A stretch of 5,858 nt of DNA from a virus (Duplodnaviria > Heunggongvirae > Uroviricota > Caudoviricetes), in IMG/VR virus record IMGVR_UViG_2778261179_000010, one strand, 5' to 3'. The notes beneath the pieces are model-generated. The model had not been told where the DNA came from. It worked only from the letters and a program-made list of their open reading frames with translations, and did not search any database. The position numbers and the translations under genes are program-made. Shown piece after piece: positions 1 to 5,796 of the stretch. Positions within the stretch are counted from its first letter, which is position 1. Each line of letters opens with the position of its first letter.

Positions 1-62
1 GTCGGGAAGATGCGTGATCTGATCCTTCAACTCAGCAAAAGTTCGATTTATTCAACAAAGCC
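1..62 (-). mobile_element. IS903-group (IS5 family) insertion sequence terminus, partial; IS body lies beyond the window start, terminus at base 62
   Basis: Bases 1-62 are the exact reverse complement of 5797-5858 (mismatch begins at base 63 vs 5796). The terminal 18 nt read GGCTTTGTTGAATAAATC into the element, continuing GAACTTTTGCTGAGTTGAAGGATCAGATCACGCATCTTCCCGAC, which I recall as the IS903 end that abuts aph in Tn903-derived cassettes. Identity is from memory, not a search. Confidence 0.75.
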
Positions 63-214
63 CCTTCAAATTACAGAGCACTTATAAATAACAGCAGTTA
101 ATATAAATTGGCTAATAGATTTATTTTTATTCAGCCAAGAGCCATGAATAGGATTCGATAGAAAAAAGTTCAGATAAAAATAGAGATCTACTTCACAAAT
201 CAAACGAGAAACCA

Positions 215-260
215 AAACTTACATCTTGAAATAATCACATTGATTAGATGAATATTTATC
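215..260 (+). promoter_or_regulatory. Candidate porin promoter region: TTGAAA -35-like hexamer (226..231), weak -10 candidates around 249..258, overlapping an OmpR-box-like motif
   Basis: AT-rich region about 60-90 nt upstream of the porin ATG. CTTACATCTTGAAATAATCA resembles the ompC C1 OmpR box (TTTACATTTTGAAACATCTA) as I recall it. The -10 hexamer is poor, so the call is tentative. Confidence 0.25.
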
Positions 261-307
261 GCGCAGTGACATCATTTTTTAATAATAGTTCAAAAAAAGG
301 GCTCACG

Positions 308-1390
308 ATGAAAAAATTAACAGTGGCAATTTCTGCTGTAGCTGCATCAGTACTGATGGCGATGTCTGCTCAGGCAGCTGAAATTTATAATAAAGACAGT
401 AACAAGCTGGATCTATATGGGAAAGTTAATGCCAAGCACTACTTCTCCTCTAATGATGCAGATGATGGTGATACTACTTATGCCCGTCTTGGCTTCAAAG
501 GTGAAACCCAAATCAACGATCAACTGACTGGTTTCGGTCAGTGGGAATATGAATTCAAAGGCAACCGCGCTGAATCTCAAGGCTCCTCCAAAGACAAAAC
601 CCGTCTTGCATTTGCAGGCCTGAAATTCGGGGACTACGGCTCAATCGATTACGGCCGTAACTACGGTGTAGCATATGACATCGGTGCGTGGACTGACGTT
701 CTGCCAGAATTCGGTGGCGATACCTGGACCCAAACAGATGTGTTCATGACTGGTCGCACCACTGGTGTTGCAACTTATCGTAACAACGACTTCTTTGGTC
801 TGGTTGATGGTCTGAACTTTGCTGCTCAGTATCAGGGTAAAAATGACCGCACTGACGTAACTGAAGCTAATGGTGATGGTTTCGGTTTCTCCACTACTTA
901 TGAGTATGAAGGATTCGGTGTAGGTGCAACCTATGCTAAATCTGACCGCACTAATAATCAGGTTATCTACGGTAACAACAGCCTGAATGCATCTGGTCAA
1001 AATGCTGAAGTATGGGCAGCTGGTCTGAAATATGATGCGAACAACATCTATCTGGCTACCACCTATTCTGAAACCCAGAACATGACTGTTTTTGGTAATA
1101 ACCATATTGCCAACAAAGCACAAAACTTCGAAGTAGTTGCACAATATCAGTTCGACTTCGGTCTGCGTCCGTCCGTTGCTTACCTGCAATCTAAAGGAAA
1201 AGACTTGGGTGCGTGGGGTGATCAGGACCTGGTTGAATATATTGATGTAGGTGCAACCTATTACTTCAACAAAAATATGTCCACTTTTGTTGATTACAAA
1301 ATCAACCTGATTGATAAGAGCGATTTCACGAAAGCATCTGGCGTTGCTACCGATGATATCGTTGCTGTAGGTATGGTTTACCAGTTCTAA
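308..1390 (+). CDS. nmpC: Outer-membrane general porin, OmpC/OmpF/PhoE family, prophage-encoded NmpC/Lc/OmpD-like; 360 aa with 23-aa signal peptide
   Basis: Same frame as track ORF 248..1390, but the real start is ATG 308 where a classic signal peptide begins ([23 protein letters not shown], then AEIYNKD). AAGGG Shine-Dalgarno about 8 nt upstream. Porin hallmarks: [82 protein letters not shown]-terminal VYQF. Position next to the Q gene matches nmpC in DLP12. Confidence 0.93.
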   Translation: MKKLTVAISAVAASVLMAMSAQAAEIYNKDSNKLDLYGKVNAKHYFSSNDADDGDTTYARLGFKGETQINDQLTGFGQWEYEFKGNRAESQGSSKDKTRLAFAGLKFGDYGSIDYGRNYGVAYDIGAWTDVLPEFGGDTWTQTDVFMTGRTTGVATYRNNDFFGLVDGLNFAAQYQGKNDRTDVTEANGDGFGFSTTYEYEGFGVGATYAKSDRTNNQVIYGNNSLNASGQNAEVWAAGLKYDANNIYLATTYSETQNMTVFGNNHIANKAQNFEVVAQYQFDFGLRPSVAYLQSKGKDLGAWGDQDLVEYIDVGATYYFNKNMSTFVDYKINLIDKSDFTKASGVATDDIVAVGMVYQF

Positions 1391-1400
1391 TTTGATTACT

Positions 1401-1440
1401 AAAAGATATGTTGTGGGAGGCTTTGCCTCCCCAACATATA
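1401..1440 (-). terminator. Long imperfect hairpin (ATATGTTGTGGGAGGC-TTT-GCCTCCCCAACATAT) followed on the - strand by CTTTT; candidate tR'-like terminator for the short transcript downstream of Q
   Basis: About 15-bp stem with one bulge at 1406..1440. On the - strand it is followed by a T-run (complement of 1401..1405). It lies about 140-170 nt downstream of the Q stop, where lambdoid phages place pR'/qut/tR'. Confidence 0.4.
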
Positions 1441-1526
1441 AGTGGCTCCCTCAAGCCACTTCCTTTAGAAGCACAACCTTGCTTCTAACTATATAAACCT
1501 TCTGTTATATATTACCCTTTATTTTT

Positions 1527-1556
1527 GGGGGCGTTTCAACGCCCCATTTTTAATAA
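1527..1556 (+). terminator. Rho-independent terminator for the porin transcript
   Basis: GC stem GGGGCG / CGCCCC (1528..1533 and 1540..1545) with 6-nt loop, followed by ATTTTTAATAATTTTT; about 140 nt after the porin stop codon. Confidence 0.6.
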
Positions 1557-1578
1557 TTTTTAGTAAACAATTGGCATA

Positions 1579-1962
1579 TTAATTAGAGTTATTAACAACG
1601 ATATCCATCTCTAACCGGATATCTAATGCCATTAACATCCCTTCAATTATGCCCTCAGCCTTCTGTAACCTTTTCCCGATATAACCATCAGAGCAGCAAT
1701 GCTTACCTGCCAGTGACATGAATGTCATACCGACTACATAATAATCTACTAATAAATCGTGCAAATCGCTGTTGTTCTTTTTCAGACGGGCCATGCACCC
1801 GCAAATGATCATCGCGTCATCGTCACAACATTGCGGGCGAGATTTTACTTTTGAAGGAATTAATCCCTTAAAACCGGCGGCAATGGACGACCAGGTCACA
1901 TCTTCATGATTATTAGCCGCCCACGCTCCCCAACGCTCAAGAACCATCTGAATATCACGCAT
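1579..1962 (-). CDS. quuD: Late-gene antiterminator Q (phage 82 / DLP12 QuuD family), 127 aa
   Basis: The track ORF 1579..1977 begins at a TTG. The ATG at 1962 ([24 protein letters not shown]...) has a GGAG Shine-Dalgarno about 9 nt upstream and gives 127 aa. Cys-rich core ([29 protein letters not shown]). Synteny rusA-ylcG-Q-porin as in DLP12. Confidence 0.88.
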   Translation of the reverse strand: MRDIQMVLERWGAWAANNHEDVTWSSIAAGFKGLIPSKVKSRPQCCDDDAMIICGCMARLKKNNSDLHDLLVDYYVVGMTFMSLAGKHCCSDGYIGKRLQKAEGIIEGMLMALDIRLEMDIVVNNSN

Positions 1963-2047
1963 CAACTTACTCCACAAAAATCAGACCAGAACGCCAATTA
2001 CAAGCAAAAATCAACGAAACAGTATTAGTTGATTGTTATCTCTGACT

Positions 2048-2188
2048 TCATACTCCTGCTCCTGTCAGGGTTTTGGCGTAATTCTTCAGTATTCGGTAAT
2101 CGGTCAAAACAGAACCGGGGAAACGATATAAGCGCAGACGCCCCCAGCGGTGGCGAAGACGTTCTGCCATATAAAACTCAAACATCAT
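2048..2188 (-). CDS. ylcG: Small prophage protein, YlcG-like, 46 aa ([46 protein letters not shown])
   Basis: Hand translation of the - strand. Its ATG (2188..2186) overlaps the rusA TGA stop (2187..2185) as ATGA. GGGGA Shine-Dalgarno 5-6 nt upstream. Length and position between rusA and Q match my recollection of DLP12 ylcG; the sequence identity itself is not verified. Confidence 0.5.
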   Translation of the reverse strand: MMFEFYMAERLRHRWGRLRLYRFPGSVLTDYRILKNYAKTLTGAGV

Positions 2189-2547
2189 TCATTCCCCATT
2201 TCGGTGATGGTCAGTTCCAGCCTCCCACCTTTGGTAACAGGCATCTTCACAACGCGGTAATCAACGACCTGAGCATCATCCAGCCAGAAACCTGCTTTAG
2301 TGAGTGCGTCAAAAGCGGCTTTTTGCAGATTATCCAGGTCACGGCGACGGCGATCCGGCATGTGGCACTCAATGCGGATTTTCACAGGCATAGCCAAGCC
2401 GATATCCAGCATTGCGTTTTTAATGATTCGGGCGACGTTATCGCGGTATGCCTGCCCCTCTGCGCTGACGTGCGTGCGCCCGCGATTATGGCGGTAATAG
2501 CGATTATTGCTCGGAGGCCAGGGTAATGTGATGCTGTAGGTATTCAC
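2185..2547 (-). CDS. rusA: Holliday junction resolvase RusA (crossover junction endodeoxyribonuclease), 120 aa, GTG start
   Basis: Track ORF 2185..2610 trimmed to the GTG at 2547 ([42 protein letters not shown]..., ending TITEMGNE), giving the 120-aa RusA length. GAGGGGG Shine-Dalgarno upstream. The GTG overlaps the ybcO stop as GTGA. Confidence 0.88.
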   Translation of the reverse strand: MNTYSITLPWPPSNNRYYRHNRGRTHVSAEGQAYRDNVARIIKNAMLDIGLAMPVKIRIECHMPDRRRRDLDNLQKAAFDALTKAGFWLDDAQVVDYRVVKMPVTKGGRLELTITEMGNE

Positions 2548-2834
2548 GCCTTGATTACCCCCTCTTTCAGCCAGATAACCTGCGTTCTCGCCATACCTTC
2601 CAGCGCGCATTCTTTTGCGTACTCAGCATCGACAAAATGCGTGCGGCGGTCGATTTCGTCGTGACAGGCAGAACAGGCAATGGTGGCAATAAGGTCTGGC
2701 GGTTTAATACCGGTGCCACACAGTCCAGCCAGCCGGATATGTGCCAGTACAGACGTTTCAGGGTTGCCATTGCATACGCCAGGGATTCTTACCTGGCATT
2801 CGCGACCACGCGCTGCTTTTCTCAAATCAGCCAT
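2544..2834 (-). CDS. ybcO: Prophage nin-region protein YbcO (DUF1364-type putative nuclease), 96 aa
   Basis: Track ORF 2544..2873 trimmed to the ATG at 2834 ([32 protein letters not shown]...), which has a perfect AAGGAGG Shine-Dalgarno. Cys-rich (CxxC-type) motifs. Position between ninE and rusA as in DLP12. Confidence 0.82.
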   Translation of the reverse strand: MADLRKAARGRECQVRIPGVCNGNPETSVLAHIRLAGLCGTGIKPPDLIATIACSACHDEIDRRTHFVDAEYAKECALEGMARTQVIWLKEGVIKA

Positions 2835-2997
2835 GATTCCTCCTTGCTGCCAGTCGCAACCATTTTTTATCAACCAGGCTGGCGGTATATCCGAGCAGTG
2901 TTGGTATTTCGGATGGTTTTAGCTCAGGCTTACGCTTACGACGATTTGGTACTCTGTAGATGTGTCCGTTCATGACACGAATAAGCGGTGTAGCCAT
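2827..2997 (-). CDS. ninE: NinE-like small protein, 56 aa ([56 protein letters not shown])
   Basis: Not in the ORF track (too short); found by hand translation. Its ATG (2997..2995) overlaps the ybcN TAA stop by 1 nt, and its 3' end overlaps the ybcO start by 8 nt. The sequence matches my recollection of lambdoid NinE. Confidence 0.75.
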   Translation of the reverse strand: MATPLIRVMNGHIYRVPNRRKRKPELKPSEIPTLLGYTASLVDKKWLRLAARRNHG

Positions 2998-3452
2998 TAC
3001 GCCTCCTGCTTGTCGCGCAGCAGCTGGAACTCGCAGCTCTGCGGAATAGTCAGGTGGCAGCCAATATTCATCGCCAAGGCTTCAACCTTACACAGGAAGA
3101 CATACATCTCTCCGGTATCAAGATCGGAGGTATGGCGTAACGACTGGATAGTAGTGATTTCGCCGGTTACGACATCAACCAGGTCCTTGGTTTCATAACC
3201 GAGGTATGTGTGTTTGAGAGCATCTTTTACCCATGCTGCGGTAGCGAACGATTTCCCCCTGCGGATAAGGTATTCACTGATTTCGCTGTACCACATGTGG
3301 CTAAGTGCATTCTGGGAAAGACTGCGTCTCTCGCGCCACGGTTTAAGCACCATGCGAAAGCACTTGCCGTCTTCCAAATAAGGCTGGAGCTGCTGACCGA
3401 TAGCGGTGAAGTTACCGCGATGCAGTTTGATGCCGTCTTGTGGGAGGTTCAC
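2997..3452 (-). CDS. ybcN: Prophage protein YbcN (DLP12 nin-region protein, reported DNA base-flipping protein), 151 aa, GTG start
   Basis: Track ORF 2997..3452; the first codon is GTG (complement of CAC at 3450..3452) with a GGAGG Shine-Dalgarno 7 nt upstream. Protein [30 protein letters not shown]... Synteny upstream of ninE. Confidence 0.82.
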   Translation of the reverse strand: MNLPQDGIKLHRGNFTAIGQQLQPYLEDGKCFRMVLKPWRERRSLSQNALSHMWYSEISEYLIRRGKSFATAAWVKDALKHTYLGYETKDLVDVVTGEITTIQSLRHTSDLDTGEMYVFLCKVEALAMNIGCHLTIPQSCEFQLLRDKQEA

Positions 3453-3550
3453 GCTTCACCTCCGCAGAGGTCAAACGCTGGATAAAGAAAATCGCAGGTG
3501 CATTTCTGCATCTGTGACGGGAGAAGATAGTTTAGATTGTATGTGCGCAT
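3449..3550 (-). CDS. Small ORF, 33 aa ([33 protein letters not shown]), possible ylcH-like gene
   Basis: ATG at 3550 with a GGGGA Shine-Dalgarno-like element about 5 nt upstream. Its TGA stop overlaps the ybcN GTG start as GTGA, suggesting translational coupling. Size and position resemble what I recall of DLP12 ylcH; unverified. Confidence 0.35.
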   Translation of the reverse strand: MRTYNLNYLLPSQMQKCTCDFLYPAFDLCGGEA

Positions 3551-3571
3551 AAACGTCCCCGTTTAGCGCAG

Positions 3572-3604
3572 AAGTCACCGGAGGAGTTCAAACTCCGGTG
3601 ACTT
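3572..3604. repeat. Perfect inverted repeat / stem-loop (AAGTCACCGGAG - 9 nt - CTCCGGTGACTT), 12-bp stem
   Basis: Seen directly in the sequence, in the intergenic region between the HEPN-cassette stop (3674) and the ylcH-like ORF. No T-run follows on either strand, so it is not a classic intrinsic terminator; it may be an operator, an RNA structure or a module boundary. Confidence 0.5.
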
Positions 3605-3673
3605 AATTATGACAAGTTGATTATTGAAAATCAAAAGTCATTTAAACAATAATGATACCCAGCAAGAGATTTC

Positions 3674-4075
3674 TTATTTTAACTCATAGATCAGACAGTC
3701 AACGATTTCTAAACCATTTACCATAGAATTAGAAACGCGAACTTTACCATCGTTGACTCTAGCAAATCCTTTTAACATTTTATAAACAAAAGCTGAATCC
3801 CCCTTAGCCTCAATTGCTTCTAATGGTATCGGCTTATACTTTTTTGATATGCTATTTCTATTTATCTCACTGATTTTTCTATATATTTCTGCCGGCCCAC
3901 GTTCTGAGAAGTCACTGATAACTAAAATATATCTCCAAGATAGATCTGGGTAATAAAACCACATTGCAGCATCAATAGTTAAATTCTGTAACTTGAGTTT
4001 TTTTAACAAAAATTGACCTGAGAATTCCATATCTTTTGTCAACTCTCTGCCGATTACCAGTGTGCTTTTACCCAT
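3674..4075 (-). CDS. Hypothetical protein, 133 aa, second gene of the HEPN cassette (candidate cognate partner)
   Basis: Track ORF. The ATG at 4075 has a GGAG Shine-Dalgarno about 10 nt upstream and lies 22 nt inside the 3' end of the upstream HEPN gene. AT-rich codon usage like its neighbour. I see no nucleotidyltransferase (GS...DxD) or other recognisable motif. Confidence 0.6.
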   Translation of the reverse strand: MGKSTLVIGRELTKDMEFSGQFLLKKLKLQNLTIDAAMWFYYPDLSWRYILVISDFSERGPAEIYRKISEINRNSISKKYKPIPLEAIEAKGDSAFVYKMLKGFARVNDGKVRVSNSMVNGLEIVDCLIYELK

Positions 4076-4470
4076 TTCAAAACTCCAGAATTTTGGTCAC
4101 CTACAGCATCAAACAATTGTTCGGCCATAGCTTTACTTATGTTATTGTCGTATCTAAATTGCTCGCTCCAGTCTTTAACGACCGACCAGTTAATCTCCAA
4201 CGAAACATCATTTTTTGCGTCAGCAATCAAAATTTGATGTAAGTTGGCAATTTTGAGAAGTTGCGACAAATCATGAGTATATGAATCATTTACGACTTTT
4301 TTGTTTGGAAACTCATGTTGTAAAAATGACTTGGCAATACAGGCCTTCAATGCACATTCAACTGCATACCCACAAAGATAATATGCACCATGAAAAAAGC
4401 CATGATCAAGCAAGCATTTGGCCTCATTAAGCCTAGTGTCAGATAATGCTTCAAGGTCGTTTTTATTCAT
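4054..4470 (-). CDS. HEPN-domain-like protein, 138 aa (candidate toxin/RNase or nucleotide-binding component)
   Basis: Track ORF. The N-terminal helix pair LNEAKCLLDHGFFHGAYYLCGYAVECALKACIAK, the HDLSQLLK segment and C-terminal FRYD fit the classic HEPN four-helix signature. No obvious Shine-Dalgarno. The region is markedly AT-rich relative to the flanking prophage genes. Confidence 0.62.
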   Translation of the reverse strand: MNKNDLEALSDTRLNEAKCLLDHGFFHGAYYLCGYAVECALKACIAKSFLQHEFPNKKVVNDSYTHDLSQLLKIANLHQILIADAKNDVSLEINWSVVKDWSEQFRYDNNISKAMAEQLFDAVGDQNSGVLKWVKAHW

Positions 4471-4715
4471 ACAATTATAACTTGAATTATCCTAATTTTT
4501 ATGATTATACCCTTATCAGGTATGATGTAGGAACTGAAAACAATATTGGATATCATTTTCGGTATTTCTCTGCAAATTCCAGCCCACAGGATCTCGGTGT
4601 ACAATCTGTCGCTGATCGCGCAAATTTAGGGTCAATCACTTCATTTTTTGCATCAAACCCTCACTAACATCGAACGATTATAGTACAAGTAGTGTTCTTG
4701 ACTTCTCATTAAACC
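4471..4715 (-). promoter_or_regulatory. AT-rich promoter region of the HEPN cassette with two perfect TATAAT hexamers on the - strand (4509..4504 and 4682..4677)
   Basis: About 300-nt intergenic region between the ant-like gene stop and the HEPN ATG. The proximal TATAAT is about 34 nt upstream of the ATG. The matching -35 elements are weak (for example AAGTCA). Confidence 0.35.
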
Positions 4716-4769
4716 GTCAGCATTCAATTAATTACAAAATACTAGCGGCATTTCTCTCCCGCAACTTTA

Positions 4770-5378
4770 TTACAGCCGTTCAGAACGTAAATGCGTCAAT
4801 ACTCGACTCCACTTATCATCCTGCCACGGCCGGAATTTTACATGTGCCGTTTCTCTGGCAAGGATTGCCTGTGCCTTATTGAGTATCCGGGGATATTCTT
4901 GTTCGATTGAAGTGAAGCGACCGGCTTCGCGGTGTTCTGCTACCTGAAGAAGCGGAGTGACGTTTTGGCAAGCGGTTAACATTGTGTCACTTGCCCGCCA
5001 TAACCAAGCAAGTGTGCAAAGTTCGTTATCAGTGAATTGTTTTGTGATTGGGGATTGTTGAATTTCTCGATCGAGAATATCCAGCACCCAGCGGCGGAAT
5101 TCTTTGGCCACAGGAGTGCGGGCGAACATGGCGATCAGATGGGCGCCACGGAGGGAGAAAATGCGAGTCTTCTTACGATAATTTCCTGAGGTCGTTGATT
5201 CGACGACCTGAGACATTCCGTCAGTAAACTCATCAATATTTTTGTTGTAGATGTCGGTTACTGCTTTGGTGCTGGCATATTTTAATGCTGCCGCCAATTC
5301 TTTGCTGGTAAACCAGATCTGGTTGTTGTGATTTATAGGAGTGAATTTTACATCGCGGAATGCGAGCTGAGTGACCAT
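4770..5378 (-). CDS. Phage antirepressor-like protein (Bro-N / AntA / P22 Ant N-terminal-type domain; Roi-like), about 202 aa
   Basis: Track ORF 4770..5615 begins at a TTG. The domain signature (LAFRDVKFTPINHNNQIWFTSKELAAALKY ... TRIFSLRGAHLIAMFARTPVAKEFRRWVLDIL) starts right after the ATG at 5378, so that start is preferred. The alternative ATG at 5513 cannot be excluded. Confidence 0.6.
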   Translation of the reverse strand: MVTQLAFRDVKFTPINHNNQIWFTSKELAAALKYASTKAVTDIYNKNIDEFTDGMSQVVESTTSGNYRKKTRIFSLRGAHLIAMFARTPVAKEFRRWVLDILDREIQQSPITKQFTDNELCTLAWLWRASDTMLTACQNVTPLLQVAEHREAGRFTSIEQEYPRILNKAQAILARETAHVKFRPWQDDKWSRVLTHLRSERL

Positions 5379-5540
5379 AGCGATAATCTCGTTTTGAATT
5401 TGAGCTATCACCACCGACGACGCCAATCGACTGGTGGTGGACTGTGCAAGGTTGGCGTAACCGGTCAAAACGAAATCCGGCGCTTCCGAAGAAGCCCTCA
5501 CACAGCCCACCATAATTTTTGTGTAGACGTGCACTGCGCA

Positions 5541-5562
5541 TAAAAAAACCGCGAACGCGGTT
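5541..5562 (-). terminator. Small GC hairpin (ACCGC-GAAC-GCGGT) followed on the - strand by TTTTTTTA; candidate intrinsic terminator or attenuator
   Basis: Seen directly. The stem is short (5-7 bp) but the T-run has 7 T's. It lies about 160 nt upstream of the preferred ant-like start. Confidence 0.45.
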
Positions 5563-5622
5563 ATGCGTCGTTTTGATGTCCGGGACGCCAATCCCGTGTG
5601 CCGATTTTGCGGCAACGCACAG

Positions 5623-5652
5623 AATATAGCGCCGGATAAATAATGTCGTCAA
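5623..5652 (-). promoter_or_regulatory. Candidate sigma70 promoter on the - strand: TTGACG (5652..5647), 18-nt spacer, TATATT (5628..5623)
   Basis: Hexamers match consensus at 5/6 each. The predicted start site near 5616 is about 55-75 nt upstream of the 5541..5562 hairpin. Confidence 0.35.
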
Positions 5653-5796
5653 CCCTTGCATATGGGGGGCGCGATGATCACTACTACCACCATAATCGCT
5701 CCAACTGTTGCAACTACTTTAGGCTAAGACATCACGATTTCCATATCACCTTTAGCCGCCAGACAAACAGAGACTCCCTGTTCTTGGCTGCCAAAA

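Noticed and set aside
248-307. N-terminal extension of the porin (track start at 248, [20 protein letters not shown])
   Set aside because: The signal peptide and Shine-Dalgarno sit at ATG 308; the extension would bury the signal peptide internally.
641-1189. 182-aa ORF on the - strand inside the porin gene
   Set aside because: Entirely antisense to a strongly supported porin CDS; no ribosome-binding site and an implausible protein. A frame artefact.
2029-2526. 165-aa + strand ORF (and nested 65-aa ORF 2300..2497) opposite rusA/ylcG
   Set aside because: Antisense to two well-supported genes whose overlaps explain the whole region; no start context; the sequence has no recognisable features.
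2567-3485. Overlapping alternative-frame ORFs across ybcO/ninE/ybcN (2567..2770 -, 2637..2975 +, 2680..2922 +, 2962..3198 +, 3210..3485 +)
   Set aside because: All overlap the conserved nin-module genes in other frames or on the opposite strand; their translations are low complexity (Arg/Ser/Pro-rich). They are shadows of the real genes.
4036-4667. + strand ORFs 4036..4242 (68 aa) and 4446..4667 (73 aa) in the HEPN cassette and its promoter region
   Set aside because: The translations are N/Y/F-rich low-complexity strings typical of AT-rich non-coding or antisense DNA; they overlap the cassette genes or the promoter; no ribosome-binding sites.
5379-5615. N-terminal extension of the antirepressor-like gene (TTG at 5615 or ATG at 5513)
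   Set aside because: The Bro-N-like domain begins directly after ATG 5378, and the extension would run through a terminator-like hairpin. Kept only as a lower-probability alternative start (5513).
5563-5643. 26-aa + strand ORF MRRFDVRDANPVCRFCGNAQNIAPDK
   Set aside because: No ribosome-binding site; it overlaps the - strand promoter/terminator elements; too short and unsupported.
5233-5661. 142-aa - strand ORF and 71-aa + strand ORF (5328..5543) overlapping the antirepressor-like gene region
   Set aside because: They lie in alternative frames over the ant-like gene and its leader and run across the terminator hairpin, with no domain signature. The Bro-N-like frame is the convincing one.
5662-5727. 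Short + strand ORF encoding a Thr/Ile-rich peptide (MITTTTIIAPTVATTLG, or MGGAM- extended) behind a GGGGGG Shine-Dalgarno-like run, reminiscent of an attenuation leader peptide
   Set aside because: No downstream biosynthetic gene or alternative terminator/antiterminator structures are present (the IS end follows within 70 nt), and the opposite strand gives a similarly repetitive peptide (MVVVVIIAPPICKG). More likely a codon-repeat coincidence; could be revisited if the pre-insertion sequence is found.
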